Shown: positions 10,601-20,065, numbered from the stretch's first letter. The stretch is 64,000 nucleotides of DNA from Bacteriovoracaceae bacterium (GCA_018649885.1 JABIHA010000122.1:1-64000), one strand, 5' to 3'. Program-made: numbers and translations. Notes: generated by a model not told the origin, from the sequence alone.

Positions 10601-10790
10601 CCCATGATAATCCCCCATCATGCTTTCTTTTGACCAAATTATTCTTGTTTTGAATATAACCAATGATTTCTCGGTCAATATCGTCACCAACATCAAAGGC
10701 CCTGATGTCGAAAAGCAGTGTGGCCCCACTGACCGCAAAGAATGTGAAGGCAATAGATAGAATTATTTTATCTTGGTATTTTTTCATCAA
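7695..10790 (-). CDS. FecR-domain protein with multiple FN3/Ig-like repeats and a putative C-terminal outer-membrane beta-barrel
   Basis: N-terminal hydrophobic helix; FecR-like DQVFT..STTDIRLNDQTLIKVAPNSLLKL; repeated FEW..YxLEI..D.xF..GxYYWRV modules; amphipathic strands ending LLGLGGRF. Confidence 0.75.
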   Translation of the reverse strand: MMKKYQDKIILSIAFTFFAVSGATLLFDIRAFDVGDDIDREIIGYIQNKNNLVKRKHDGGLSWDDVGNKEEVYLNDQVFTHSKSTTDIRLNDQTLIKVAPNSLLKLEKDSSGMKVDLMDGFMFAKLGKGAKGLNIKSGDKTISATSSNAEFQISDGNVTVTKGQLALNIDGKQIVVNKNQYLNLLEGRVKNYDILLISPKNQGKVFFKESSSIFFEWKTKRKSNSFKLFVAKDSKFKEILQTKDVSKTNAYMMNLPEGPYYWKVLGTDLVKKEMIVSPSSLFTLKVDRAPKLFFPSKDAEILGLKQSNGEKKVLVFEWENLEVDTYQIEITSIGDKKRKTVVSKKVSTHKYVVGSLKTGEYGWRVKMATRDNKNSPWSEENIFYFSDSSLPPAPRNLKPEDMSQLAQNDLLGGIKFSWKGRSSAKYVLYVGRDPDFKKLVKKEVVKGLHYSWVTPKFGKFYWKLKPYAPQYEGNVPSSKTLRLDILLDRPTIIFPSHGTEYTLMDPDESLILEWQDPLGQKKNTGKQKFQLEIARDSSFSDVIEELELEKPNFEWKAPELGEYYWRIKSFYDFGESAYSERAKLMIKRPMAPHSPPIPPVIRMEIKKKKGDGDRNNGREISSIDGEDTYISMKFPEIKYVKEYIIEIYKDRDLDDSVKSDRLENRNFYWEDPEPGTYYLRYKVVDMWDQESEFSNTSRMILTYDVGLLRAPELYEPDPGDEVEAEKGDKVDFEWESLDWAKSYTIEISSDPGFGGTIYSKKVKDNEHSVNLFGLGISGNYYWRVAANQDGAKKNSKGVRFKVTRDDEKKKNLRDQLKSTGKPGEYQATIDEVKDGHVILTAEPSFISYSLELSEGVEGFSSIQSLTGAGVEGKYQSDSLWFGQLGYEMASGSLFGVVDFKYSDMTALFGTGFYLGGGVLLDFGLGIGIVSTTILSKSLIGPVITDEKFTGGIGQINMRYASTQHSAHRLALYGGFGGFTKMGLGYEFQYLFSKALYMAMGFESIGVTSTSESQTVTTTTKVSALLGLGGRF

Positions 10791-10961
10791 AATCCATATT
10801 CAGAATCTATATATAAAACTTATTTTACAACGTATTTTATTGTGAGAAGCCAGGGCAAATTTTTACCTTGAAACAATAACTTAGGATGTCAAAACTAATT
10901 TAGGTTACAATGGTAAAAAAGGATTTACGGGCGCTATACTTGAGTTTCAAGAGAGGTTATC

Positions 10962-12815
10962 TTGCTTAGAAAGATCAAAGTTTCCATCAATACCAAGCTA
11001 CTTACACTCGTTACGAGTTTTGTTTTGGGATCGCTATCTGCTTATCTTTATTTTGCGCTGGACCTCTTTCAAAAAGATAAAACTGCTTACATTTTTGATT
11101 CTACTCTTTCAACAACTTCAGCTCTATCAAAACAAATCACTGAGTCAATTAGTAATATCATCAATAGTTCACAACTTATTGGTGGCATTTATCAAACAGA
11201 AGACTTAGGAAAAGATCTTTATGAAGGAGTTTTTCAATCTAATAAATCTATCTTTGAATTCTTAGTATTTCGAGAGGACGAAGGTCAGTTTAAAGAACAC
11301 CTTAATTTAAAAAAAGCAGATATTCTAAAACAGTACCGTCTTAAAGATGATTATTTCAAACAGATTATTGATAAAAACCCTGTCAATTTTTCAGAGATAA
11401 AAGCAAGGAAATACCTCCTAAAAAACACTTCTAGCATTGGTGGAGTTCCACATTTAACTCTTGGTGTATATAACCAAAAGGCCAATGAAATTTATGTCAC
11501 CAGAATTATCCTTGATTCGTTCATTAAGACCTTTAATGAGAATAAGGTTTACAATAATTACCTTCTCAACGACAAAGGCCAAACATACGTCCACAGAGAC
11601 TCAAAAAAGGTGATGGCCCATGAAAATATGTCTACAGAAAATTATATTCAAGATGTCCTTTCTGCTGAAGTCTCAAATGGAGTTAGAGAGGTAACCAATA
11701 GTAAAGGCGAAGTTGTTTTACTAGCTTTTACAAAGCTCAAACATCTTGGCCTGGTAGTTCTTTCTGAAATTTCAAAAGACAAGGCCTTTGCATCTATTAA
11801 AGAACTTATTTTCAAGTCAGTTGTACTGGCGGTATTTTTGATGTCGACTGCATTTATTGTGGGATTTTTCATGTCTAGATCTTTCACAAGGCCAATTACA
11901 ATGCTTGTTGAAGGGACCCAAAAAATTGCACAAGGAAACTTTGACACTGTTGTCTCGGTCAATGCAAGTGACGAAATAGGGGTTCTTTCTGACTCTTTCA
12001 ACTTTATGGCAAAAGAAATTTTAAGATATATGGATGAAGTAAAGGAAAAGGCGAGAATGGAAAATGAACTCGCTGTTGCCCAACTCGTGCAAGGCTCATT
12101 TTTTCCTGACAGTGATATCAAATTACCAAACTTAGATATTTCCGGTTACTATACCCCTGCTTCAGAATGTGGTGGTGACTGGTACGGATATCTTACAATT
12201 GGAGATAAAACACTCGTATTTATCGGAGATGCCACAGGCCATGGTGTGCCAGCTGCACTGATTACAGCAACAGCAAACGCGGCCATCACCCTGATTGAAG
12301 AAATGGTCAAAGTAGATCCTTTACTTGCCACTTCTCCTGCCAGAATTCTAACTCTTCTTAACAAAGCAGTTTACGCAGTTGGTGGAAAAATTTTGATGAC
12401 CTTTTTTGTGGCAGTAATTGACAACAACACAAGAGAACTTGTTTATAGTAATGCTTCTCACAACCCTCCCTATGTTTACAGAAAAGCTGATCACGAACCC
12501 ACAAAAAATGATGTGGAAGTCCTACTTGAAAAACCGGGCCCAAGACTTGGTCACAAGGAAAATCCTGAATATATAGAAGGAAAAGTCCCCTTATATCAAG
12601 GAGATGTCCTGATCATGGCCACTGATGGCATCCTTGAAGGTGAGAATCCTGAAGGAAAACAGTGGGGTGAAAGGCGTTTTATTAAGTCATTTTTGACTGC
12701 TGTCACTCAATCTTCTAGCGATATTGTCGAAACGCTACTAAAGGATGGCCGTGAATTTTTCCAAGGGGTTGAAGTCGATGATGACGTTACCCTGGTTATT
12801 ACTAAATTAACTTAG
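10962..12815 (+). CDS. Membrane sensor SpoIIE/RsbU-type PP2C phosphatase (Cache-like, HAMP, PP2C)
   Basis: Two TM helices; HAMP DEIGVLSDSFNFM; PP2C motifs CGGDWY, GDATGHG, NASH, TDG, DDVT. Confidence 0.92.
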   Translation: MLRKIKVSINTKLLTLVTSFVLGSLSAYLYFALDLFQKDKTAYIFDSTLSTTSALSKQITESISNIINSSQLIGGIYQTEDLGKDLYEGVFQSNKSIFEFLVFREDEGQFKEHLNLKKADILKQYRLKDDYFKQIIDKNPVNFSEIKARKYLLKNTSSIGGVPHLTLGVYNQKANEIYVTRIILDSFIKTFNENKVYNNYLLNDKGQTYVHRDSKKVMAHENMSTENYIQDVLSAEVSNGVREVTNSKGEVVLLAFTKLKHLGLVVLSEISKDKAFASIKELIFKSVVLAVFLMSTAFIVGFFMSRSFTRPITMLVEGTQKIAQGNFDTVVSVNASDEIGVLSDSFNFMAKEILRYMDEVKEKARMENELAVAQLVQGSFFPDSDIKLPNLDISGYYTPASECGGDWYGYLTIGDKTLVFIGDATGHGVPAALITATANAAITLIEEMVKVDPLLATSPARILTLLNKAVYAVGGKILMTFFVAVIDNNTRELVYSNASHNPPYVYRKADHEPTKNDVEVLLEKPGPRLGHKENPEYIEGKVPLYQGDVLIMATDGILEGENPEGKQWGERRFIKSFLTAVTQSSSDIVETLLKDGREFFQGVEVDDDVTLVITKLT

Positions 12816-12831
12816 GCCATAACTTAAGATA

Positions 12832-13749
12832 TTGAAGAATTTAAAGTGTAAGGTCATACATTCTGATAGTGAATTCACAGAATCACTAGAAAAGAAAATC
12901 CAGGAAAATTCACTGCCTGTAGAAATCATTGGTCAAAATGAGACTGATGAAAATTACCTCATTTTAGATTTCAAAAAAAATCCAACGGACGAAATAAAGG
13001 CCCTGTTATCAAAAAAAGATAAGGAAACAATTCTTTTTATCAGTGAGGATAAAGATAGTGAGTTGTCAGAGTTACTAAAAAAATATCCTGTACAACATGT
13101 ACTAAGGGATGAAGATGATAATAAGCTCAATCTTATTACAGATATATTAAATACAAATATTAATAATGAGTACTGGAGCCTTCAAAAGATATTGGGTCAA
13201 AGTACTCAGATACAAGAAACCCTGTTTAAAAAATCTTCTGATGTTAATCCACTCATAGAAAAGTTTGTAGAGTCGGTTGATCTTTCAAATGCTTTTAAAG
13301 AAATTCCAACCTATCTTACACAGACTGTTAATGAGCTTGTTACAAATGCTATGTTTAATGCACCTGTAGATGGTGATGGAAAAGCAAAGTATCGCTCAAT
13401 GGATAAAAGAAAAAACCTAGACCTACTGCCTTGTGAATACGTCACACTAAAATATGGTGCGAGTGATTCGGTTTTAGCTTTTTCTGTCCGTGACCAATTT
13501 GGAAGTTTAAATAAAGAAACCATATATCAGTATCTTTCCCGGGGACTCCAAGAAATTATTAGACACGAAGATAAAGATGGAGGAGCAGGTCTAGGTCTTG
13601 CTCTCATTAGACAATTTTGCCATCGGCTAATTTTTAATATCTCACCAGGAAATTTCACTGAAGTCATTTGTTATATAGATAAAATGAAAAGATTTAAATT
13701 ACACCAAACACATGTAAAAAGTATTCATGTCTTTTTTCAAAAGGGATAA
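12832..13749 (+). CDS. HATPase_c (RsbW/anti-sigma kinase-like) protein with degenerate receiver-like N-terminus
   Basis: N-box NELVTNAMFNA, VRDQFG, G-box GGAGLGLALI; no His-kinase H-box recognised. Confidence 0.75.
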   Translation: MKNLKCKVIHSDSEFTESLEKKIQENSLPVEIIGQNETDENYLILDFKKNPTDEIKALLSKKDKETILFISEDKDSELSELLKKYPVQHVLRDEDDNKLNLITDILNTNINNEYWSLQKILGQSTQIQETLFKKSSDVNPLIEKFVESVDLSNAFKEIPTYLTQTVNELVTNAMFNAPVDGDGKAKYRSMDKRKNLDLLPCEYVTLKYGASDSVLAFSVRDQFGSLNKETIYQYLSRGLQEIIRHEDKDGGAGLGLALIRQFCHRLIFNISPGNFTEVICYIDKMKRFKLHQTHVKSIHVFFQKG

Positions 13750-13752
13750 ATT

Positions 13753-14256
13753 ATGTCGGAAGTAGTGTACGAAAACGAAAAGCTAAAAGTCTACATGGCC
13801 TCAGAAGGAGCTGCTATAAAGTTTTCTTTTGAGGGATGTATTGATGAGGATTTTCACTGTGAAAATCTCGTAGGCAAAAATCCAGCAGAACTTCACATTG
13901 ATTTTAAAGATGTTAAAGTCATAAATTCATGTGGAATAAGAGAATGGGTCAATTTTATTGAAAAGCTAGGCTCAGCGGTTCCAATAAAATATAATAATTG
14001 TCCGCAAATTATCGTTCAACAAATAAATATGGTTGATGGTTTTTTATCTGCGAACGCTAACGTTGAAACATTTTTTGCACCTTACTTCTGTGAAGAATGC
14101 GATTCGGAGCATGTCATCTTACTTAAAGGAAGTGATGTTGCCACTGGAGTAGCACCAACTCAAAAATGTCCTGACTGTAATGCAAGTGAAGATATGGAGT
14201 TTGATGCAATCGAAAAGCAATACTTTCATTTTCTTGAAATTAAAAAATCAGCATAA
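13753..14256 (+). CDS. STAS/anti-anti-sigma-like protein with C-terminal zinc ribbon
   Basis: IDFKDVKVINSCGIREW (phospho-Ser position as in the DSxG motif); CEEC and CPDC pairs. Confidence 0.75.
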   Translation: MSEVVYENEKLKVYMASEGAAIKFSFEGCIDEDFHCENLVGKNPAELHIDFKDVKVINSCGIREWVNFIEKLGSAVPIKYNNCPQIIVQQINMVDGFLSANANVETFFAPYFCEECDSEHVILLKGSDVATGVAPTQKCPDCNASEDMEFDAIEKQYFHFLEIKKSA

Positions 14257-14268
14257 TATATTCTTGAC

Positions 14269-14324
14269 ATAAATAGACATAAAAAAGGCTTCCTAGTTAG
14301 GAAGCCTTTTTTATGTCTATTTAT
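14269..14324. terminator. Bidirectional terminator formed by a perfect 27-bp inverted repeat
   Basis: ataaatagacataaaaaaggcttccta-gt-taggaagccttttttatgtctatttat between convergent genes. Confidence 0.9.
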
Positions 14325-14339
14325 ATATATTTTTTAATG

Positions 14340-15641
14340 TCAACCAATTCCAGGTAAGAGCTGAAAGAAGAAAGCCGCAACGAGTGTGGGTATTAGAGCT
14401 GATATTAACAATCCTAACGGTGAAATCCCATCCTCTCCAAAAGCGGACTTCAAGATTCCAAAGCCTGCAGGGTTGGGAGCGTTTGCGATCACAGTCAAGC
14501 CACCACCCGTGACAGCACCTGCCACAAGGTTATATTTAGCCGCATCCGAAAGACCCTCCACAAGAGTTCCTAGATACGTCAAAGCTGCATTATCTGTAAG
14601 AGCTGTTAAACCAGTTGCTCCAACAAAGAGTGCAAAATCGCCTAGTTTTGATATAAGAGGTTGCAGCCACCAAGCTTGTAGGGAGCCAAGAGTAACAAGA
14701 CCACCCAGGAAAAATCCAACAAGTAGAGATTCTGTCACCTTTAATTTATCTTGATATTCTTGAGTAACAACAGCAAAGCCTAGGAAGAATAAGAAAATCC
14801 CCATAAAGACGGCCATATGATGTGAGTAGAAAACTACCAAGCCTAAAAAACCTAGATGAAATGCTGTTACCCAAAGTGGGGCCTTCATCTCCGCCCCCCC
14901 TTCCTGAGGAGCATCAATTTTTCCCTGTAGTTCACCTTTAAATCTCATGGTAATTATAGCGGTTGAAACAATACATGCGAAGATGGCCTTATAACCAAAA
15001 TTTAAAAACATATAACTCATTGTATAGCCCCACTTACTGGCCACCATTAACACTGGAGGAGCAGCAAAATGAGTAAGGGTCCCACCGATTGAAACATTGA
15101 CAAATAAAAGGCCGATGGTGGCGTATTTAAATTTATCTGACATTTCTTTCTTATAAAATGTCTCGAGTAAAATAAGTGCGGTTACAGTCATTGAAGCTGG
15201 CTCTGTTATAAAAGATCCAAGTAGCGGCCCCATTACCATGGTGGTGGCATAGAATGACATTTTTTCGTTAAATGGCAAAAGTTTAGCAAAAAATACAATA
15301 ATATTTTCAGCCAACTTTATGACTGGCCTGGTACCTGCCATACACATAATAACAAAAACAAAGGCAGGCTCAGTATAGTTTACGACTCCCAAACTACTGT
15401 GACCTTCAAGATAGGCTACGGCATCATGGTTACCTTTAATCGCTATGAACGCCACAAAAAGGAAGAGGGCCCAAAGACCAAAAACGGCCTCAACTTCTCC
15501 CAGAAAGTGAAAAAAGTTTTCACCCACTGACCCTTCTGGGTATTTATGAGCAATATGCTCGAATTTTTTCACCATGAAAGTGTGTATTACCGCGATAGCG
15601 AACAGTACCGTCGCAATAATTTCAATTGTGCTTGGATTCAT
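14340..15641 (-). CDS. Putative Na+/H+ antiporter (DUF1504-type)
   Basis: Polytopic membrane protein with GSFITEPASMT, NVSIGGTLTHFAAPPVLM and GGGLTVIANAPNPAG motifs. Confidence 0.85.
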   Translation of the reverse strand: MNPSTIEIIATVLFAIAVIHTFMVKKFEHIAHKYPEGSVGENFFHFLGEVEAVFGLWALFLFVAFIAIKGNHDAVAYLEGHSSLGVVNYTEPAFVFVIMCMAGTRPVIKLAENIIVFFAKLLPFNEKMSFYATTMVMGPLLGSFITEPASMTVTALILLETFYKKEMSDKFKYATIGLLFVNVSIGGTLTHFAAPPVLMVASKWGYTMSYMFLNFGYKAIFACIVSTAIITMRFKGELQGKIDAPQEGGAEMKAPLWVTAFHLGFLGLVVFYSHHMAVFMGIFLFFLGFAVVTQEYQDKLKVTESLLVGFFLGGLVTLGSLQAWWLQPLISKLGDFALFVGATGLTALTDNAALTYLGTLVEGLSDAAKYNLVAGAVTGGGLTVIANAPNPAGFGILKSAFGEDGISPLGLLISALIPTLVAAFFFQLLPGIG

Positions 15642-15849
15642 TTAATCTTCCTTGATCAAGTTTTAATTTACCATTTTTTAATAGTTTACCATTAAATACT
15701 GCCTGCTTGGGCGATACCGGGCAGTTTTTTTACGACACATCGCTCCAGTAAACCCAACAAAGATCAATGTAACAATTAACAATAGTCCATTGCTCTTTGT
15801 TGCTTGGGGAACTAAAATTGTGGCCCTACTTATTGAAAGGGGGCCTCAC

Positions 15850-17610
15850 GTGGCAACAGATACAATGGAGCTTGCAAAGCTTTGGGCAAAAAACACCTAC
15901 TTTGATAGTGCCGACCGAGCCGAAATACAAAAGCTAATAGATGACAATGATACTAAAGAAATAGAAGAGAGATTCTACAAAGATCTTGAATTTGGAACTG
16001 GAGGCATGAGAGCAATTTTGGGTATGGGATCAAACCGCATCCACAAATATGCTGTCAGAAAGGCCACCCAGGCCATGTGTGATGTAGTTGCAGAGTCCTA
16101 CCCGGGTCAAAATAATAGCTTTGCCATTTGCTATGACTCTCGGACTTTTTCCTTTGAGTTTGCTAAAGAGGTCGCAAGCGTTGTTGCTGGAAATGGAATG
16201 ACAGCATATATTTATGATCGACTTAATCCGGTAGCTCTACTTTCATGGTCCATTCGTCACCACAAGTGCAAGGCTGGAGTTATGATTACAGCGAGCCATA
16301 ACCCAACTGACTACAATGGATTCAAGGCCTATTGGGATGACGGTGCACAATTGACTCCTCCCTATGATAAAAAAGTCATTGAAGCCTACAATGGTATTAA
16401 AGATTTTAATGTCATAAAAACAGCAAATTTTGACTCTGAAGAAAGTGCGGGAAAAATTGTATGGGTGGGCAAAGATGTAGAAGACACTTATTACTCCATG
16501 CTCAAAAAATATGTTATCAATCCTGAGCTTTGCGCTGAAAAGGGAGGAGATGTTAAACTCGTCTACACTCCTATTCACGGTACTGGCCTTCACGCTGCCC
16601 AGAGAGTTTTTGAAGAAATGGGTCTAAAGAACAACTATATTGTTGAAGAACAGGCCCAGCCCGATTCAAAGTTTCCCACTGTTGATTCACCAAATCCTGA
16701 AAACCCAGAGGCCCTTGCCATGGCCGTTGAGCTTATGAAAAAAGTTGGCGCAGATGTGGCAATGGGAACCGATCCCGATACAGATCGCCTTGGAGTGGCC
16801 TTTTTGGAAAAGGGAGAAGTTAGATATCTCAATGGCAATCAGCTAGCAGTACTCATGTTAAATTATGTTCTCACAGGTTATTCTGAGCAAGGCCGACTCC
16901 CCAGTAACCCTTATGTCATTAAAACGATTGTCACAAGCGAGCTTCAAACAGCAATTTGTAAAAACTTTAATGTAGAGATTTTAAATACACTCACAGGATT
17001 CAAATGGATTTGTGGAAAAATAAAAGAACTTGAAAAGTCTAATCCTGAAAAAAACTATGTCTTTTCAAGTGAAGAGTCTTTTGGCTACCTTCCCCATAAA
17101 GAAGTTAGAGATAAAGACGGCGTGGCCTCACTTGCCCTTTTTTCTGAAATGATGCTTTGGTATAAAAACCAAGATATGAACCTAGTTCAGGCCCTCGATA
17201 AAATTTATGACCAGTATGGATTTTTCCATGAAGAATTACTTTGCATGAATTATTACGGAAAAGAAGGTGGCGAGAAAATCCAAAGAATCATGGATAACTT
17301 TAGGGCCACTAGCGACGGTGAGATTCTCGGCGAAAAGATTGCCTCACTGACAGATGTTCAAACTGGCAAATTGCAAAATTTCGAGACAAATGAAAGCACC
17401 CAACTTGATCTCCCAACTAGTAATGTCTTAGGCTTCAGCTTTAAATCAGGTAATAAATTATGGATTAGACCCTCGGGAACTGAGCCCAAAGTAAAATTTT
17501 ACATTATGCTCAAAGAAAGCCAGGGAACTCTTGCCGAGAAGAAAGCAAGGGCGTATAAGAAGGCCTGCGAAGTTATAGAGTATCTAAAAAAAGAGTCCAA
17601 CAGGGCTTAA
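15850..17610 (+). CDS. pgm: Phosphoglucomutase/phosphomannomutase
   Basis: FGTGGMR, TASHNP, DPDTDR, EES, RPSGTEPK; GTG start after AAAGGGG. Confidence 0.93.
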   Translation: MATDTMELAKLWAKNTYFDSADRAEIQKLIDDNDTKEIEERFYKDLEFGTGGMRAILGMGSNRIHKYAVRKATQAMCDVVAESYPGQNNSFAICYDSRTFSFEFAKEVASVVAGNGMTAYIYDRLNPVALLSWSIRHHKCKAGVMITASHNPTDYNGFKAYWDDGAQLTPPYDKKVIEAYNGIKDFNVIKTANFDSEESAGKIVWVGKDVEDTYYSMLKKYVINPELCAEKGGDVKLVYTPIHGTGLHAAQRVFEEMGLKNNYIVEEQAQPDSKFPTVDSPNPENPEALAMAVELMKKVGADVAMGTDPDTDRLGVAFLEKGEVRYLNGNQLAVLMLNYVLTGYSEQGRLPSNPYVIKTIVTSELQTAICKNFNVEILNTLTGFKWICGKIKELEKSNPEKNYVFSSEESFGYLPHKEVRDKDGVASLALFSEMMLWYKNQDMNLVQALDKIYDQYGFFHEELLCMNYYGKEGGEKIQRIMDNFRATSDGEILGEKIASLTDVQTGKLQNFETNESTQLDLPTSNVLGFSFKSGNKLWIRPSGTEPKVKFYIMLKESQGTLAEKKARAYKKACEVIEYLKKESNRA

Positions 17611-17647
17611 GTACTTATAATTACAGCTTAAAAGTTGGAGTTGGCCC

Positions 17648-18349
17648 TTGCCTGAAACAAAATGTCCTTCAAGTATTATACTCGTTAGCGGGGGGATGGA
17701 TTCTCTTGTGTGTGCAGCGATTGCTGCCAAATCTGATCCCAATATGGCCTTTTTGCACCTTAATTATGGCCAAAAAACCGAAAAGAAAGAAAGAGCAGCA
17801 TTTCATGCCATTGCCGACTTCTATAAAGTTCCCGAGGCACTTAGAAAAGAAATTGACATAAGCTTTCTCTCCCAAATTGGTGGATCGTCTTTAACTGATA
17901 GTAAAATTTCAGTAAAAAAGTACAAGGGTGAAACTGGAGAAATACCAGACTCGTATGTCCCCTTTAGAAATACACACATCATCTCAATCGCTGTTAGCTG
18001 GGCGGAAATACTTGGGGCCAGAGAAATTTATATCGGAGCCGTTTATGAAGATTCTTCTGGCTATCCTGATTGTAGACCTGAATATTATGATGCCATCAAT
18101 AACCTTATTAGAGTGGGAACAAAAAAGGGAAATATTTCTGTTACGACTCCAGTAATCACGATGTCAAAAGATCAAATCGTTAAAAAGGCCATTGAGCTTT
18201 TTGCACCACTAGAACTTACTTGGTCTTGTTACGCCAGGGAAGACCAGGCCTGCGGTGTTTGTGATTCATGTGCCCTGAGGTTAAAGGCCTTCCAAACTGC
18301 TGGAATAGATGATCCTCTCGACTATAAAGTAAGACCTCGCTACCAATGA
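17648..18349 (+). CDS. queC: 7-cyano-7-deazaguanine synthase
   Basis: SGGMDS, YGQK, YVPFRN, YPDCR, TWSCY..CGVCDSC. Confidence 0.95.
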   Translation: MPETKCPSSIILVSGGMDSLVCAAIAAKSDPNMAFLHLNYGQKTEKKERAAFHAIADFYKVPEALRKEIDISFLSQIGGSSLTDSKISVKKYKGETGEIPDSYVPFRNTHIISIAVSWAEILGAREIYIGAVYEDSSGYPDCRPEYYDAINNLIRVGTKKGNISVTTPVITMSKDQIVKKAIELFAPLELTWSCYAREDQACGVCDSCALRLKAFQTAGIDDPLDYKVRPRYQ

Positions 18350-18891
18350 AAATTGTCCCTATTGAAGATCAGTACATCGAAAGGTGCCTAGAGATCTACT
18401 CTCCCTATATTTCAAATAGTCATATTAGCTTTGAAAATAAGGTCCCCTCTCTCAGTGAATACCGCATGCGAGTAAAAAAATACTCAGCACAATATCCTTG
18501 GATTGTGGCCATAGAAAGTGGACAGGTTTTGGGATTTGCCTATGGGGCTGAATTCAAACAAAGACAGGCTTACCAGTGGTCAGTGGAGACCTCTATTTAT
18601 TTAAGCGAAAATGCTAAGGGTAGAGGCGTGGCAGGAAAACTCTATGATTCACTTTTTGATTACTTAGATAAGGCGGGCTATTACAATGCTTTTGCAGGCA
18701 TTGCTCTGCCGGGTGATATCTCAGTGGCCTTTCATGAAAAATTTGGATTTAACAAAGTAGCACACTTTAAAAATGTTGGTTATAAAAATGAAAAATGGGT
18801 AGATGTTGGTCTTTGGCAGAAAGAAATTAAAAAGATCAGTGATCAGTCATCACCTTTAGCGCCATATTCTTTTTCTGATTTATTGCCTTGA
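18346..18891 (+). CDS. GNAT N-acetyltransferase (Pat/YncA family)
   Basis: ISFE, RQAYQWSVETSIYL, GRGVAGKLY, FHEKFGF, VGYK..W.DV. Confidence 0.9.
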   Translation: MKIVPIEDQYIERCLEIYSPYISNSHISFENKVPSLSEYRMRVKKYSAQYPWIVAIESGQVLGFAYGAEFKQRQAYQWSVETSIYLSENAKGRGVAGKLYDSLFDYLDKAGYYNAFAGIALPGDISVAFHEKFGFNKVAHFKNVGYKNEKWVDVGLWQKEIKKISDQSSPLAPYSFSDLLP

Positions 18892-19619
18892 AAATCAAAG
18901 TAGTCCCATACTCCTATCCTTTCATCATTTTTAAATTTTCCGCGAAATAAAATATTTCCATTTGTAAAATTAAAGACCCAAGCTCCTGACTTGAAACCTT
19001 TGGCATACTCACCCTCAGCAAGCAGTGCTCCACACTCGTAGTAAAACTTCCACTCTCCTTGCCTCATACCAGATTTTATAGGGCCTCTAGCGCAAACTCT
19101 TCCGCTTTCTAAAAATAGTTCATATGGATCTATATCACCTGGGGGGTCTTTTCTGAGTATGACCTCTTGAGCTGGCAATCTCCATGGATTTTCTCTCACC
19201 GCATCTTCATCTTGAAGTTTTCTAAACTCTGTAAAAAGACAATATTGGGCCCCAATTTTTTCTTGAGGAGGAACTTCTCCCATATATTCAAACTCTTCTT
19301 TAACAAGTCTTGAAATATTTTTCCCAAGGCATGTTTCCATCATTACCTTTTCATATTTTGTATCTCTAATGGCGCGAGCAATTACATTTGGAAAGTTTTC
19401 TCTTTTTTTGCACATCATGCGATAAAAATCTTCACCTACTTGAAGGAATTTTTCCATATTGAGTAAATTGACGGTTACCCAGTGTACATAGACCGGATCT
19501 TCTAGCATTGCTAAAATCATTATTTCTTTTCTACGAAAAGGAGAAGTCGTTTCAAGAGATCTTACAAACTCTTTAAACCCATCATATTCATTTCTTTTTA
19601 AACGATCTAAAATTCCCAT
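18843..19619 (-). CDS. FliG-C-like N-terminal domain fused to MORN/YwqK-type repeats
   Basis: C-terminal repeats GEWKFYYECG/GAWVFNFTNG/GVWDYFDFQG; helical N-terminus reminiscent of Bdellovibrionota FliG-C-like proteins (tentative). Confidence 0.6.
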   Translation of the reverse strand: MGILDRLKRNEYDGFKEFVRSLETTSPFRRKEIMILAMLEDPVYVHWVTVNLLNMEKFLQVGEDFYRMMCKKRENFPNVIARAIRDTKYEKVMMETCLGKNISRLVKEEFEYMGEVPPQEKIGAQYCLFTEFRKLQDEDAVRENPWRLPAQEVILRKDPPGDIDPYELFLESGRVCARGPIKSGMRQGEWKFYYECGALLAEGEYAKGFKSGAWVFNFTNGNILFRGKFKNDERIGVWDYFDFQGNKSEKEYGAKGDD

Positions 19620-19681
19620 AAAAGCCTATTTCCTATACCCCTATTTCGAAAGAAAGTGGACAAAACTAAAATCTAAACTAC

Positions 19682-20041
19682 TCAAGTATTCAATAATTTT
19701 CCTGTACTTACTCCCCCAATAACTCCTATTAAACCAAGTACTGGGGAGCCCAAAAAATAAAGGCAAAACAAAAGGTGCTCACCTTTTATCCACAATTGAT
19801 AGGATTCAAAGGAGAAGGAAGAAAATGTAGTTAAGCCTCCTAAAAAACCAATGGCGATGGCCTTATGAAGGTCTGTGGGTGTATCGCAGGTGGAAAACAA
19901 AATTCCCATCAAAAATGCTCCAATGATATTCACTGCCAATGTGCTAAATGGAAAAAAGGAATACTTGGAAAGGACAATGCCAAAAAAATATCTAGATAAA
20001 ATTCCTAAGGCACCAAAACCTGCAAGTTGTAGATAAAACAT
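19682..20041 (-). CDS. crcB: Fluoride channel Fluc/CrcB
   Basis: GALGILSRY, FPFSTLAVNIIG, GFLGGLTTFSSF. Confidence 0.93.
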   Translation of the reverse strand: MFYLQLAGFGALGILSRYFFGIVLSKYSFFPFSTLAVNIIGAFLMGILFSTCDTPTDLHKAIAIGFLGGLTTFSSFSFESYQLWIKGEHLLFCLYFLGSPVLGLIGVIGGVSTGKLLNT

Positions 20042-20065
20042 GTTTAAATGATACTGGAAAGTTTA

